Below are positions 54,434-64,000 of a stretch of DNA of 64,000 nucleotides, piece after piece; position 1 is the stretch's first letter; every line of letters begins with the position of its first letter. A model generated the notes under the pieces. It saw nothing but the letters and a program-made list of their open reading frames with translations, was not told where the DNA came from and did no database searches. This DNA is from an uncultured Candidatus Saccharibacteria bacterium (GTDB lineage: Bacteria; Patescibacteriota; Saccharimonadia; Saccharimonadales; Saccharimonadaceae). The translations under genes and the position numbers were made by a program. The DNA is taken from assembly GCA_964625845.1 (NCBI GenBank), contig CAZVBN010000001.1, forward strand, positions 18,484 through 82,483, in the 5' to 3' direction.

Positions 54434-56401
54434 ATGAAAAATAAATCTTTCGCCAAAATCAATCTGTTTTTTGCTTCGATTAAAAAGTCCGTCGCTTCTT
54501 TTCGGCGAAAATTTCTTAAACCATTTTGGCAGAAATTCTCAGAAAAACTACCACGAACCAGCCGATTTTTAACCAGTCGCACAAATCTAAAAAACTTAAT
54601 GTTCATCTTGAAATTTGGCGCGATAATTTTGGCGGGGATCGTTTCGGTTTGGTATATTTTCGACAAGCAATATGGCGCGGAATCCACCGAATTTATCCGC
54701 CTTCACCCAGAAATAACCGGTTATAGCACGCTAATTATGATTTTTGTGGCGTTTTTGTTTTTTGGAATTATCGGCAACGTCGTTTGGTCGATTGGTGCGC
54801 TTTTTTCTATAATAATAGTAGTAATGTTCATCAACGAAGAAAAAATGCGCTCGCGAAACACGCCGTTCATGATCGAAGATTTATCGATGACTTCGGAGGC
54901 TGGCTCGCTAACAGATATGATAAACTGGACGAATTTATTTTGGGCACTTTTTACGATCGTGGCAATTCTCGTGGTGTGCTTTTTTGTCAACAAACTTCTC
55001 AAAAAAATCTCGCACCACAAATTCTCAAAAAAGTACAAATATCTAGCCCAAATTATCATCGTCACATCAAGCATAACACTGCTTTCGTATCACACTGATT
55101 TTTTGCGAACCAAGCTTTCCGATCAAGGCAAAACCACCGTGCGCGTCGATTGGCTAAATTCAACCATTGATTTCACAAACCCTGCCTACAATTACTCCGA
55201 GAACGGCTACATCGTCGGAACGATCAGCGCGCTTCAATCAAACGCGCAAAAAAAGCCAGAAGGCTATTCGAAAGCCAAAATCCAAGAAATTGTCGAAAAA
55301 TACACCAAACTAGCCAACCAAGAAAACAAAAACCGCCAAAACAACATTTCTGACGAAAAAGTCAACATCGTCTTCGTCATGAGCGAAAGTTTCGCTGACC
55401 CCGCAAAAATCAAACACATTTATGACTACGGAAGCACCGATCCGATTCCTTACACTCGATCAATTATGGAAAAATACTCTTCTGGGCAAGCAACCACAGC
55501 CGAATATGGTGGCGGAACAGCCAACGTGGAGTTCGAGGCACTAACTGGACTTTCTAATTATTTTTTGAACACAATACCTTACACTTCTCTCGTTTCGGGA
55601 AATTCTTCGGTTCCGTCAATCGCCAAAACTCTCAAATCAAACGGCTACTCAACAACCGCAATTCACCCTTACGCAAAAACCATGTACAAGCGAAATTTAG
55701 TTTATCCTAACTTGGGAATCGACAATTTCATCGGGCTGGACGCTATGAAAAATCCAACCAAGCTCGAAAATTCACGCTACGTTTCAGATCAATCCGCCTT
55801 CAATCAAGTGATAGAAACGCTAAATCAAACCGACGGCGCGGACTTTGTCCATCTGGTGACCATGCAAAATCATATGCCTTACAGTGGCGGAACATACAAT
55901 ACGCGAAGTTTTCCAATAACGAATATTTCCGGCAAAGACAGCGACGTTGTGGCTTGGGAAACATATCTTGAAGGCATCAATAAATCCGATGAAGCGCTAA
56001 AAAACTTCATCGAAAAAATTCAAACTTCAGATGAAAAAACCATGGTTGTTTTTTGGGGCGACCACTGGCCGGGCATCGCCGAACCGCTTTTCGAAAACTA
56101 CCAAGAAAAAAACGACGTTCAGCGAACTCCGCTCTTTATTTACAGCAATTTCCAAACCGACAAAAAATCTCTTGGAATCACCAGCCTGAATTACCTTCAA
56201 GTGAAAGTTCTCGATCAGATCGGCGCTAAATTGTCGCCATTTCAGCAGCTTCTTCTGGAAAATTCTAAAAATAACTCAGCTCTAACCAAAAAAGAAACCG
56301 TCAATAAAACCGAGGCTTTGAGCGATTACGAAATGATCGAATACGACATTTTGAGCGGCGGAAAATACAGCTTAGGAGAATTTTACGGCTACGAAAATTA
56401 A
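54434..56401 (+). CDS. LTA-synthase-family sulfatase-domain membrane protein (LtaS-like phosphoglycerol transferase)
   Basis: 655 aa. About 5 N-terminal TM helices, then an extracellular sulfatase domain (NIVFVMSESFADP, TAEYGGGTANVEFEALTG, VTMQNHMPY). Confidence 0.8.
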   Translation: MKNKSFAKINLFFASIKKSVASFRRKFLKPFWQKFSEKLPRTSRFLTSRTNLKNLMFILKFGAIILAGIVSVWYIFDKQYGAESTEFIRLHPEITGYSTLIMIFVAFLFFGIIGNVVWSIGALFSIIIVVMFINEEKMRSRNTPFMIEDLSMTSEAGSLTDMINWTNLFWALFTIVAILVVCFFVNKLLKKISHHKFSKKYKYLAQIIIVTSSITLLSYHTDFLRTKLSDQGKTTVRVDWLNSTIDFTNPAYNYSENGYIVGTISALQSNAQKKPEGYSKAKIQEIVEKYTKLANQENKNRQNNISDEKVNIVFVMSESFADPAKIKHIYDYGSTDPIPYTRSIMEKYSSGQATTAEYGGGTANVEFEALTGLSNYFLNTIPYTSLVSGNSSVPSIAKTLKSNGYSTTAIHPYAKTMYKRNLVYPNLGIDNFIGLDAMKNPTKLENSRYVSDQSAFNQVIETLNQTDGADFVHLVTMQNHMPYSGGTYNTRSFPITNISGKDSDVVAWETYLEGINKSDEALKNFIEKIQTSDEKTMVVFWGDHWPGIAEPLFENYQEKNDVQRTPLFIYSNFQTDKKSLGITSLNYLQVKVLDQIGAKLSPFQQLLLENSKNNSALTKKETVNKTEALSDYEMIEYDILSGGKYSLGEFYGYEN

Positions 56402-56403
56402 AT

Positions 56404-56428
56404 AAGTCTCCCAGGGAGACTTATTTTT
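56404..56428. terminator. Hairpin terminator between convergent genes
   Basis: AAGTCTCC-CAG-GGAGACTT followed by ATTTTT. Confidence 0.6.
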
Positions 56429-58181
56429 ACTTGCCAAAAATCAAATGGAGGTAATCTTTCATCATGCGCGCGCCGGATATGACCGGCAAATATTCAGCTA
56501 GCTGGCGACGAATCTGCCGCGCCAACAAATCATTATTTTTGTAGATTCGCGCCGCTCGATTCATCTGTTCGTAGAGCGAGCGAACTTCCGCATCGTAATT
56601 CGCGCCAACAACTTCCAAACACGGAACAGGCGAAATATCCGCCACACCGCCGTCCGCCGTCGAAATCAAAAGTTTCAAATTCGCCAAATCCTTCATAAAC
56701 GAAGTTCCGCAAGCTTCCAAGCCGACGATCGGCACATTTATCGCCACATCCGAACCGACCGCCAACGCCAAGCCGAGCTCTTCGTCATAATCTTGAATGT
56801 AGTGGACTCGTTCGCGCAAAAGTTCGTCGCTCTCTATTTTCGAAAGCACGGCGTGAAGCATTTCGCGCATTTTTTCGTCGCCTTGATGAACTTTTCCAGC
56901 CAAAATATAATGAGCGTTATTTTCGCGGAGAATTCGCTTCAATTTTTCCAGATCCTCAAAAGGCATCCACGGACGCTTATAGCTCACGAACCGACGCTTG
57001 AAGTCGAAAACCAACGCATCTTCGGGAATTTGAACCGTTTCGCCACGCTGATTTTTGCGCCCAAGTAGAATTTCATTTAATTTCGCGCGCCCAAGTCGTT
57101 TCAGCTCGATGATTTCATTAGCCGAAAGATTTTGCAAATTCTGCTTAAAATCATCCGTCGGCAAACCAAATTTATCAAAAATCTCGCGCTGTTCAAGTTT
57201 CGCCAGAATTTCTGGCAAAACCCAAGTTGGAAGATCAATTCCGTTGGTGACGGCCTTGAATTTCACCTTGTCGCCATTGATGTCGCGATAATCAGCCACG
57301 CGCGCGTGAAGTCGCGAAACTCCGTTTTTCGCTTCGGCGAGCTCAATCGTAAGCGTCGAAAGCTTCAGCCGACCATCTCGAAACAACCCCGAAATCCAAG
57401 TTTTTAGCGCCGAAGATTGAATGTTCGGCATGACAATTCGCGCAAACTGCTCGAAAGAAAATTCGCTTTCCGCCGCTTGAACCAAAGTGTGATTCGTGTA
57501 GAGCGTGTGCTTCCGAACATAAACGATCGCCTCATAGAGATTCATTCCGTTTCGAACGAGCTCATCTAGGCGCGCAACAGCCGCAAAAATTGTCGCGGTT
57601 TCATTCAGCTGAATCACAGCAGGCTTCAAGCCGATCATTTTCAAAGCGTTATATCCACCAAAACCAAGCGAAACTTCCTGATAAAGTCGATGATCGCCCG
57701 AACCGTCGCCAGCATAGAGCTCGCCAAAATTGCTTTCACCCATCGTCAAAAAGCGAGTCGAGCCAAGCACTTTCTGAAAAATATTTAAGCGTGCTGGCGG
57801 CATTCCTTCGGTGTAAATTTCGACATCATCAAGATATTCGAAGCCATAATCTTCGGGGCTGACAGGTAGAAGCTCTTCTTTTTGTGACAAATTTTCAATC
57901 GATTGGTGGATTTCATGACGATAAAAAGGCGTCACACAAACAAATGGAATCTCTAATTTTTCAGCCACACGGCGAGTGTCGGCCGCCAAAACGCCAAGCC
58001 CGCCACCACCTTTAATGCCGTTTGATTTGTCGTAAACTTCCATCGTAAAATAAACATACGGTCGCTCTGGCGAAAGTTTTTTAGTTAAATTCGCCCGCTC
58101 AATCGCCTCATAAAATTCACTTACGTCTTCGATATTTTGCGTTTTTTGTCGCCGATTTATTTTTTCGAAATAATTTTCCAT
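56427..58181 (-). CDS. glgP: Alpha-glucan (glycogen/maltodextrin) phosphorylase, GT35 family, short form
   Basis: 584 aa. GGGLGVLAADT, NGVSRLH, TNGI, and the PLP-site-like EACGTSFMK. Confidence 0.8.
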   Translation of the reverse strand: MENYFEKINRRQKTQNIEDVSEFYEAIERANLTKKLSPERPYVYFTMEVYDKSNGIKGGGGLGVLAADTRRVAEKLEIPFVCVTPFYRHEIHQSIENLSQKEELLPVSPEDYGFEYLDDVEIYTEGMPPARLNIFQKVLGSTRFLTMGESNFGELYAGDGSGDHRLYQEVSLGFGGYNALKMIGLKPAVIQLNETATIFAAVARLDELVRNGMNLYEAIVYVRKHTLYTNHTLVQAAESEFSFEQFARIVMPNIQSSALKTWISGLFRDGRLKLSTLTIELAEAKNGVSRLHARVADYRDINGDKVKFKAVTNGIDLPTWVLPEILAKLEQREIFDKFGLPTDDFKQNLQNLSANEIIELKRLGRAKLNEILLGRKNQRGETVQIPEDALVFDFKRRFVSYKRPWMPFEDLEKLKRILRENNAHYILAGKVHQGDEKMREMLHAVLSKIESDELLRERVHYIQDYDEELGLALAVGSDVAINVPIVGLEACGTSFMKDLANLKLLISTADGGVADISPVPCLEVVGANYDAEVRSLYEQMNRAARIYKNNDLLARQIRRQLAEYLPVISGARMMKDYLHLIFGK

Positions 58182-58237
58182 TTCCCACCTTAAATGCTTA
58201 TGTTTTACTCTATTTTACCAAATTTTTGAAAAATTTT

Positions 58238-58276
58238 CAACAAAACAAAAGAACTCTCCGTTTCCAGAAAGTTCTT
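58238..58276 (-). terminator. Intrinsic terminator after rpsP
   Basis: Imperfect 9-10 bp stem AAGAACUUUC / GAGAGUUCUU, followed on the minus strand by UUGUUUUGUUG. Confidence 0.5.
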
Positions 58277-58283
58277 TCGAAAA

Positions 58284-58628
58284 TTAAGCTTCAGTTTCTT
58301 CGGCTGCTTCTTCTTTTGGTTGGTTGCGGCGAAGTTTTTCCGCATTTTTGATTGCGCGAGTTTTTTGCGCTGGTTTTTTAACCCATTTTGGCATTTCGAT
58401 ACCAGCTTCTTCCAAAAGTTTTACAACTCGTGGAGTTGGCTGTGCGCCGTTGTAAAGATATTTTTCGGCCAATTCTTTTTCGATTTTGGCTTCTTTTGTA
58501 TGTGGGTTGTATGAACCAACATAGCTAACTACGCGCCCACTCGACGGATGTCGATGCGCTTCCTGAACCGCCAAGCGATAAACAGGATAACCTTTGCGAC
58601 CAAGTCGCTGTAATCTGATTGCTAGCAT
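58284..58628 (-). CDS. rpsP: 30S ribosomal protein S16
   Basis: 114 aa. MLAIRLQRLGRKGYPVYRLAV, with a basic then acidic C-terminal extension. Confidence 0.93.
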   Translation of the reverse strand: MLAIRLQRLGRKGYPVYRLAVQEAHRHPSSGRVVSYVGSYNPHTKEAKIEKELAEKYLYNGAQPTPRVVKLLEEAGIEMPKWVKKPAQKTRAIKNAEKLRRNQPKEEAAEETEA

Positions 58629-58694
58629 TCTTTTTTCCCTTTATTAAATTTATTAGCTTTTATATTTTATCAAAAAAATCACGAAAAATCAAGA

Positions 58695-59405
58695 CTATTT
58701 GCCGGATTTGTATTTTTTGATTGCTGCGCGCGCTGCTTCTTGCTGAGCAATTTGCTTGCTTGGACCTTCACCTTCACCCATTTTTTTCTCGCCAACAAAA
58801 ACACCAAGCGTGAAGATTTTTTCGTGATCTGGGCCAACTTCTGTCAAAACGCGATAAACTGGCGTAAAACCGTCGCGAGCTTGCGAAATTTCCTGAAGAT
58901 AACTCTTTGGATCGCGCCAAGATTCTTCTTCGAGAATTTGCGGCAAAGTGCTCAAAATGTTGTCGGTGATGTATTTTTTGGCCGCTTCATAGCCTTGGTC
59001 GAGATAAATCGCGCCAGTGGTCGCCTCGAAAGCATTCGCAAGAATCGCCATGCGCGCCCTGCTCGAACCTTGTTTTTCGCCACGGCTCATTCGGATAAGC
59101 TTTTCGTAACCAAGCCGATCACCCGCTGCCGAAATACTTTCGGTTCGCACCAGCGCCGAACGCCAAGCCGTCAAAATTCCTTCTGGCTCGCTATAATTCG
59201 AAAAAAGAAAATCCGTCACCACAAGCTCAAGCACCGCGTCGCCCAAAAATTCAAGCCGTTCGTTGTGCTCGCTGGCAGATTTTTTGTGCTCGTTCAAATA
59301 ACTTCGGTGCGTCAAAGCTGTCACCAAAAGCTGAATGTCGTTAAAGTCATAGCCGAGCTTTTCCTTTGCCCAATCGTGATATGGCGTGAGTAAAATTCCA
59401 CTCAT
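58695..59405 (-). CDS. rnc: Ribonuclease III
   Basis: 236 aa. Signature ERLEFLGDAVL and a C-terminal dsRBD. Confidence 0.93.
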   Translation of the reverse strand: MSGILLTPYHDWAKEKLGYDFNDIQLLVTALTHRSYLNEHKKSASEHNERLEFLGDAVLELVVTDFLFSNYSEPEGILTAWRSALVRTESISAAGDRLGYEKLIRMSRGEKQGSSRARMAILANAFEATTGAIYLDQGYEAAKKYITDNILSTLPQILEEESWRDPKSYLQEISQARDGFTPVYRVLTEVGPDHEKIFTLGVFVGEKKMGEGEGPSKQIAQQEAARAAIKKYKSGK

Positions 59406-59902
59406 TACAACTTCTCCTGTCTGATTTTTTTCATCGCAAGCAAAATCAATTTGCCGATATCTTCATATTCAATCACATCCAAGGCTTCGGCAAAACTAAA
59501 CCACTTAATTCCATGCATCCAATCTTCCTTTTTGATCGCATCAGTATTGCCAAGCGCTTTCACCAAAAAAACTTGTGTCGTCATCAAAACGAGTTTGTCG
59601 ATACGTCGATATCGAAAATTTATCTTCCCGAGCCAGCTCAAAACTTCCACATCGTGAAGCCCAGCTTCTTCGCCGATTTCGCGCTTGGCGGTTTCCTGCG
59701 CGGTTTCGCCTTCTTCGATATGACCTTTCGGAATTGTCCAGCGGTCTTTCGCATCTTGAATCAACAAAATCTCAACTTCACCTTTTTTATTGTGTCGAAA
59801 AATCACACCGCCAGCCGTCGGCTCACGGACGATTTCATTGATTGAGACGCGTCGAGTTTTGCTGAAATATTTCTTAAAGTGTTCGACCTGCTTCTTCGCC
59901 AT
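59405..59902 (-). CDS. NUDIX hydrolase
   Basis: 165 aa from MAKKQVEHF... Nudix box [23 protein letters not shown]. The longer track ORF would overlap nusB by about 120 nt. Confidence 0.8.
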   Translation of the reverse strand: MAKKQVEHFKKYFSKTRRVSINEIVREPTAGGVIFRHNKKGEVEILLIQDAKDRWTIPKGHIEEGETAQETAKREIGEEAGLHDVEVLSWLGKINFRYRRIDKLVLMTTQVFLVKALGNTDAIKKEDWMHGIKWFSFAEALDVIEYEDIGKLILLAMKKIRQEKL

Positions 59903-60338
59903 TTTGTTCCTCCACAAAAAGTTTATAAGCCGTTCCAAGCACGCCATTGATAAACTTACTTGAATTATCGGAACCAAACGCCTTCGCAAGTTCAACCGCT
60001 TCGTTGATCGCTACTTTTGGCGGAACAGTTTCTCGCATATAAAGCAACTCAAAAAGCCCGATTCGCAGAACGTTGCGGTCAATTCGCGAAATTTGCGAAA
60101 TTGGCCATTCTGGCGCCATCGGCTGAAGTTTCGAATCCAGTTCAACTTGTCGTTCAATTACCCCGTTTAATAAATCCTGAACGAATTGTTTGTCGCCAAT
60201 CGTATCTTCATAACGCGACATGTTTCGCGTGATGATTTCCGCCAAATTTGCGTTTTCGTCCTTTGACTGCAAGCGAAATTCATACTCATATAAAGTTTGT
60301 AAAACGACAATTCGTCCTAAGTGTCTATTCGATGCCAT
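59874..60338 (-). CDS. nusB: Transcription antitermination factor NusB
   Basis: 154 aa. [13 protein letters not shown]..., [29 protein letters not shown]. Confidence 0.9.
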   Translation of the reverse strand: MASNRHLGRIVVLQTLYEYEFRLQSKDENANLAEIITRNMSRYEDTIGDKQFVQDLLNGVIERQVELDSKLQPMAPEWPISQISRIDRNVLRIGLFELLYMRETVPPKVAINEAVELAKAFGSDNSSKFINGVLGTAYKLFVEEQNGEEAGRTL

Positions 60339-60392
60339 TGCGTAAGGTTCTTTCCTATCTTAAATTTTATTAAAAAATAAACCGCTAACAGA

Positions 60393-60572
60393 CTAAGCTG
60401 CTAGGGTTTTATTTTCTTCGAGTTGCTTGTTTAGAGCTTTTCCAGATTGTTTTTTAGTTGTAAAAACTTTTACTGGTGATTTTTTATTAACTCGTCGAGC
60501 CAAGTCGAGGCGCAAATGACTGCGTCGCAAACCTGTTTTTCGCGGGCTACTCTGCTTTTTTGGCTGTGCCAT
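60393..60572 (-). CDS. rpmF: 50S ribosomal protein L32
   Basis: Own translation; at 59 aa it is below the ORF-track cut-off. It reads MAQPKKQSSPRKTGLRRSHLRLDLARRVNKK... The AxPKxxxSxxRxxxRRSH pattern is the L32 signature. GGAGAAAC SD upstream. Confidence 0.85.
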   Translation of the reverse strand: MAQPKKQSSPRKTGLRRSHLRLDLARRVNKKSPVKVFTTKKQSGKALNKQLEENKTLAA

Positions 60573-60662
60573 TTAAAGTTTCTCCTTTAGGTTATTATTT
60601 GCCTTTGGAATAATTATACACGACTTTTACAGATAAATCAAGCCTGTTTTTTATAAAAACTA

Positions 60663-60691
60663 TTGACATAAGGATTTTTTTGTGTTATAAT
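60663..60691 (+). promoter_or_regulatory. Consensus sigma70 promoter
   Basis: Perfect TTGACA-17-TATAAT. An AAAAGGAAA SD precedes the ATG at 60729. Confidence 0.65.
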
Positions 60692-60728
60692 ACCGTCATA
60701 ATAACAAATTAAAAACAAAAAAGGAAAT

Positions 60729-61418
60729 ATGGAAAAAACCTACATATCAAACAATGGCGCATGGGAAGCATCCATGATTCACGCCGAGCGAGAACGTCAA
60801 CGAGCTATTGAAGCGCAACAAGCAAAAGAAGCACAAGAAACGAAGCCCGAACAACCAAAAAACTACAACCGCAGCCCATCACGAAAAAATAAACTCGCGA
60901 AAGGTATGGCTCACGTCGCAATAGCCGCTTCGCTCTTTGGTGGCGTAAAAGGTCTTTATGACTACGCTCAAAATGACTCTACGATTGACCGTTCAGAAAA
61001 ACAAGTTAAATTTGAAGAAACTTCTTCTCAGGATCTCGACAATAATCCCGACAACCTGGACGAATACGAACTTATCGCGGAGGCTGGCAATGAGCAGTTC
61101 GTGGTAAATCTTGAGCCAGAAGACGCTATTCGAACTAACGACGAAGACTACACTTATCATTATCATCGCGAAAACAACCCGACACATACCGCTTTAGCCA
61201 AAAACATCGACGACAAAACTCACTTTTTCGAGATTAAAGAAGGTCCAATTTATAAAACGCCAAATGGTCGAATCGCCGTCAAAAGCGAAAACTTAAAAGA
61301 AACCATGACTGGCGAACAGACCGGAATTAAATTCGAAAAAGACTCCGATGAATGGTCAGTTATAGACGTCTCGCCAAATGAACTAAAAATCATCCAAAAT
61401 TTCAACGCTGACAAATAA
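60729..61418 (+). CDS. Hypothetical bitopic membrane protein (orphan)
   Basis: 229 aa. Gln/Glu/Ala-rich head, weak TM helix MAHVAIAASLFGGVKGLY, and an acidic extracytoplasmic domain. It is monocistronic, between its own promoter and terminator. Confidence 0.55.
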   Translation: MEKTYISNNGAWEASMIHAERERQRAIEAQQAKEAQETKPEQPKNYNRSPSRKNKLAKGMAHVAIAASLFGGVKGLYDYAQNDSTIDRSEKQVKFEETSSQDLDNNPDNLDEYELIAEAGNEQFVVNLEPEDAIRTNDEDYTYHYHRENNPTHTALAKNIDDKTHFFEIKEGPIYKTPNGRIAVKSENLKETMTGEQTGIKFEKDSDEWSVIDVSPNELKIIQNFNADK

Positions 61419-61420
61419 CC

Positions 61421-61458
61421 AAAACTCGCCCAAAACGAAGGGCGAGTTTTTTGATTTT
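61421..61458. terminator. Hairpin terminator between convergent genes
   Basis: AAAACTCGCCC-loop-GGGCGAGTTTT followed by TTGATTTTT. Confidence 0.65.
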
Positions 61459-61473
61459 TGAGAAATTCGGCGA

Positions 61474-63912
61474 CTATTTCACTACGAAATTCACCAATTT
61501 ACCTTTTACGAAAATCTGTTTAACGATTTCTTTTTCGGCTAAATGCTTGGCGACGTTTTCTTCGTTTCGAGCAATTTCGAGAATTTCGGCTTGCTCGGCG
61601 TCTTTCGAAACTTCGATTTTTCCACGCAATTTTCCGTTCACCTGAACAATCACCTGAACTTTCGATTCGGCCAAGAATTCATCATTCCATTTTGGCCAGC
61701 CGGCATTGTCGATAAAATCAGAATTTCCGAGTTGTTGCCATAATTCGCTCGAAAGATGCGGCGCAAACGGCGCGAGCAACTTCAATAAATCTTCCAAAAT
61801 TTCTTTCCATTCAGGATAAAAACCAGCTGTTTTGAACTTGTAAAGCTCGTTCGTGAATTCCATCAAAGCCGCAACCGCCGTATTCAAACTTTCGCGACGA
61901 AAATCGTCGGTGACTTTTTTGATCACTTTGTGTTGCGATTTTCGAATTTCCGGCAAATTTTCGCTCGAAGAATTTTTCTCGCTCGCCAAAAATTCTTGTG
62001 TCAAAACCCAAACTCGATTCAAAAAACGATAAACGCCAGCGATTCCGCGAGGATCCCACGCAGCGTCGAGTTCGTATGGTGCGATGAACATTTCGTAAGT
62101 TCGAAGCGCGTCGGCGCCGTAACCCTGGTCGATGATTTCGAGCGGATCGATCGTATTACCTTTAGATTTTGACATTTTCGAACCATCTTCGGCGTTAATA
62201 TAGCCGTGATAAAGCAATTTTTTAACAGGTTCTGCGAAATTTGTCAAGCCAAGATCGCGGAAAACATGCGTCCAGAACCGAACATAAAGCAAGTGCGCAA
62301 CTGCGTGGTCACCACCGACATAGTAATCGACTGGTGCCCAGTAGTTTACGAGCTCAGGATCCCACGCTTTTTCAGCGTTTTTCGGATCAGCGTATCGCAA
62401 AAGATACCAGCTCGAACACGCATAACCGTCCATCGTGTCGGTTTCGCGGCGCATTTTTTTGCCGTCGATTTCGACATTCATAAATTCTTCACTTTTGGCA
62501 AGCGCAGATTTTCCAGAATCATCAGGCTTAAAATCGCTCAGAGTCGGCAAAAGCACCGGAAGATCTTCTTCTGGAATCAGATGCTCGTTTCCGTCTTCAT
62601 CATAAGCGATCGGAATCGGACAACCCCAGTAACGCTGGCGAGAAATCAGCCAGTCGCGCATCTTGAAAGTGGTTTTTTTGCGACCAATTCCCCGCTCCTC
62701 GAGCCAAGCAACAATTTGCTCGCGAACATCCGCCGAATTTTCGCCATCAAACACACCAGAATTCACCAATTCGCCTTCGCCGTGATAGCAAATGTCGTCG
62801 TCAGCCATCGCTTCTGGTTTTTCGACAACTTTTACAATATCAAGATCGAATTTTTTGGCGAATTCATAGTCGCGCTCGTCGTGCGCAGGCACCGCCATCA
62901 CCGCACCTTCGCCGTAGCCGCCAAGCACATAATCACTCACCCAGATTGGGACTTTTTTGCCCGTCGCTGGATTTATCGCATAACTTCCAGTAAAAACGCC
63001 TGTTTTTTCTTTGTTTTCTTGGCGCTCGATTTCGGATTTTTTGAGTGCATTTTGCTTGTAGTTTTCGACTTCGGCTCGAATATTTTCGCTAGCGAGTTTC
63101 GAAACAAGCGCGTGTTCTGGCGCCAAAGTCAAGAAAGTCGCGCCAAAAATTGTATCTGGTCGCGTGGTGAAAACTTTGATTTTTTCGCCCTGAGCTTCGC
63201 CGTCGACAACCTCAAATTCAACTTCGGCGCCTTCGGATTTTCCGATCCAGTTTCGTTGCATTGTTTTGATTTTTTCGGGCCAATCAAGCTGGTCGATATC
63301 TTTCAAAAGTTCGTCCGCATAAGCTGTAATTTTGAAAAACCACTGCGTCATTTCCTTTTTCGAAACTTCTTCACCACAACGCCAACATTTTCCAGCTTCA
63401 ACTTGTTCATTCGCAAGAACAGTTTTGTCGTTTTCACACCACCACTGATAAGAATTTTTTCGATAAGCCAAGCCTTTTTTGTACATTTGCTGAAAAATCC
63501 ACTGCGTCCAGCGATAATATTCAGGATCAGAAGTGTTGATTTCGCGACTCCAATCGATTGAAATTCCGAGCCGTTTGAATTGTCGCTTGAAATTGTCGAT
63601 ATTTTCGCGCGTGGCTTGTTGCGGAGAAATTCCGGTTTTGATGGCGTAATTTTCAGCAGGCAAACCGAAAGTATCCCAACCGATTGGATTTAGAACATTT
63701 TTGCCGTGCTGGCGATGAAAACGTGCAATCGTGTCGACGATCGTGTAACTTCGCGCGTGGCCAGTGTGAAGCCCCGCTCCGCTCGGATACGGAAACATTC
63801 CGGAGATGTACATTTTTTGCTTATTTGGGTCAGCCTGGACTTCGTAAAGTCGGCTTTCATCCCATTTTTGTTGCCATTTTGGCTCGATTTCGCTTGGATT
63901 ATATCTTTTCAT
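61474..63912 (-). CDS. leuS: Leucyl-tRNA synthetase
   Basis: 812 aa from MKRYNPSEIEPKWQQKW. HIGH-type GLHTGHARSY and KMSKSKGN. The track ORF Met at 63951 lies in the -35 box. Confidence 0.96.
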   Translation of the reverse strand: MKRYNPSEIEPKWQQKWDESRLYEVQADPNKQKMYISGMFPYPSGAGLHTGHARSYTIVDTIARFHRQHGKNVLNPIGWDTFGLPAENYAIKTGISPQQATRENIDNFKRQFKRLGISIDWSREINTSDPEYYRWTQWIFQQMYKKGLAYRKNSYQWWCENDKTVLANEQVEAGKCWRCGEEVSKKEMTQWFFKITAYADELLKDIDQLDWPEKIKTMQRNWIGKSEGAEVEFEVVDGEAQGEKIKVFTTRPDTIFGATFLTLAPEHALVSKLASENIRAEVENYKQNALKKSEIERQENKEKTGVFTGSYAINPATGKKVPIWVSDYVLGGYGEGAVMAVPAHDERDYEFAKKFDLDIVKVVEKPEAMADDDICYHGEGELVNSGVFDGENSADVREQIVAWLEERGIGRKKTTFKMRDWLISRQRYWGCPIPIAYDEDGNEHLIPEEDLPVLLPTLSDFKPDDSGKSALAKSEEFMNVEIDGKKMRRETDTMDGYACSSWYLLRYADPKNAEKAWDPELVNYWAPVDYYVGGDHAVAHLLYVRFWTHVFRDLGLTNFAEPVKKLLYHGYINAEDGSKMSKSKGNTIDPLEIIDQGYGADALRTYEMFIAPYELDAAWDPRGIAGVYRFLNRVWVLTQEFLASEKNSSSENLPEIRKSQHKVIKKVTDDFRRESLNTAVAALMEFTNELYKFKTAGFYPEWKEILEDLLKLLAPFAPHLSSELWQQLGNSDFIDNAGWPKWNDEFLAESKVQVIVQVNGKLRGKIEVSKDAEQAEILEIARNEENVAKHLAEKEIVKQIFVKGKLVNFVVK

Positions 63913-63922
63913 ATTACAGATT

Positions 63923-63951
63923 ATTATAGCAAATTTTTGAGCGAAAATCAA
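63923..63951 (-). promoter_or_regulatory. leuS promoter, very short leader
   Basis: Minus strand reads TTGATT-17-TATAAT-10 nt-ATG (63912). Confidence 0.45.
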
Positions 63952-64000
63952 AAAGATAGCCGTATGATATAATTAAGATATGGAAATAAACAAAGAATTA

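Noticed and set aside
62206-63561. Very long plus-strand ORF (451 aa). Similar cases occur at 28722-30059 (445 aa), 23731-24468, 5326-6027, 3570-4160, 18736-19389, 15389-16048 and elsewhere.
   Set aside because: All lie antisense to, and in the same codon register as, genes with unambiguous family motifs (leuS, murF, rnhB, gatA, gatB, ppa, rel). Their translations are Phe/Arg/Asn/Ile/Lys-rich low-information sequence. They are shadow ORFs caused by avoidance of TTA/CTA/TCA in the sense genes.

Overview
The window is a gene-dense, mostly minus-strand housekeeping stretch read with the standard code 11. There are about 60 CDS, one tRNA-Leu(CAA), no rRNA, no CRISPR array, and no transposase or integrase. 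Gene content suggests a reduced Gram-positive-type Patescibacteria/CPR genome, possibly Saccharibacteria-like; this is inference only and no search was run. Supporting content:
- envelope genes: sortase, LtaS-like sulfatase, PBP1A, MurF
- type IV pilins and a PilB ATPase
- GatCAB, and a short Rel enzyme that ends after the TGS domain
- many Pro/Gln- or Lys-rich tails on otherwise ordinary proteins

Recognisable genes:
- tRNA charging and translation: tyrS, gatCAB, gltX, pheST, leuS, pth, der, rplS, rpsP, rpmF (59 aa, missed by the ORF track), an rluB-type synthase and a trmH-like methyltransferase
- DNA and RNA functions: uvrB, radA, rmuC, an rnhB-yraN fusion, rnc, nusB, greA
- carbon metabolism: the gap-rpiB-rpe-pfkB operon, eno, glgP, ppa, trxB
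- other: rel, and an aquaporin

No complete, obviously new multi-gene system (defence, secretion or mobile) can be demonstrated from the sequence alone. The points most worth a second look are:
1. About ten genes carry a full -35/-10 promoter ending 6-10 nt before the ATG, so they are probably leaderless.
2. A membrane-anchored protein with an Rx4H (HEPN/DUF4145-like) motif is translationally coupled inside the gatCAB operon.
3. A tight sugar-phosphate operon also carries a LOG/TIGR00725-like protein and two unknown ORFs.
4. An output-less response regulator with a long Pro/Gln tail sits next to a soluble PAS histidine kinase.
5. A 200-nt intergenic region upstream of murF holds two hairpins and an orphan plus-strand terminator, a possible sRNA or leader.
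6. Several secreted or surface orphan genes use the codons TTA/CTA/TCA, which the rest of the window visibly avoids.
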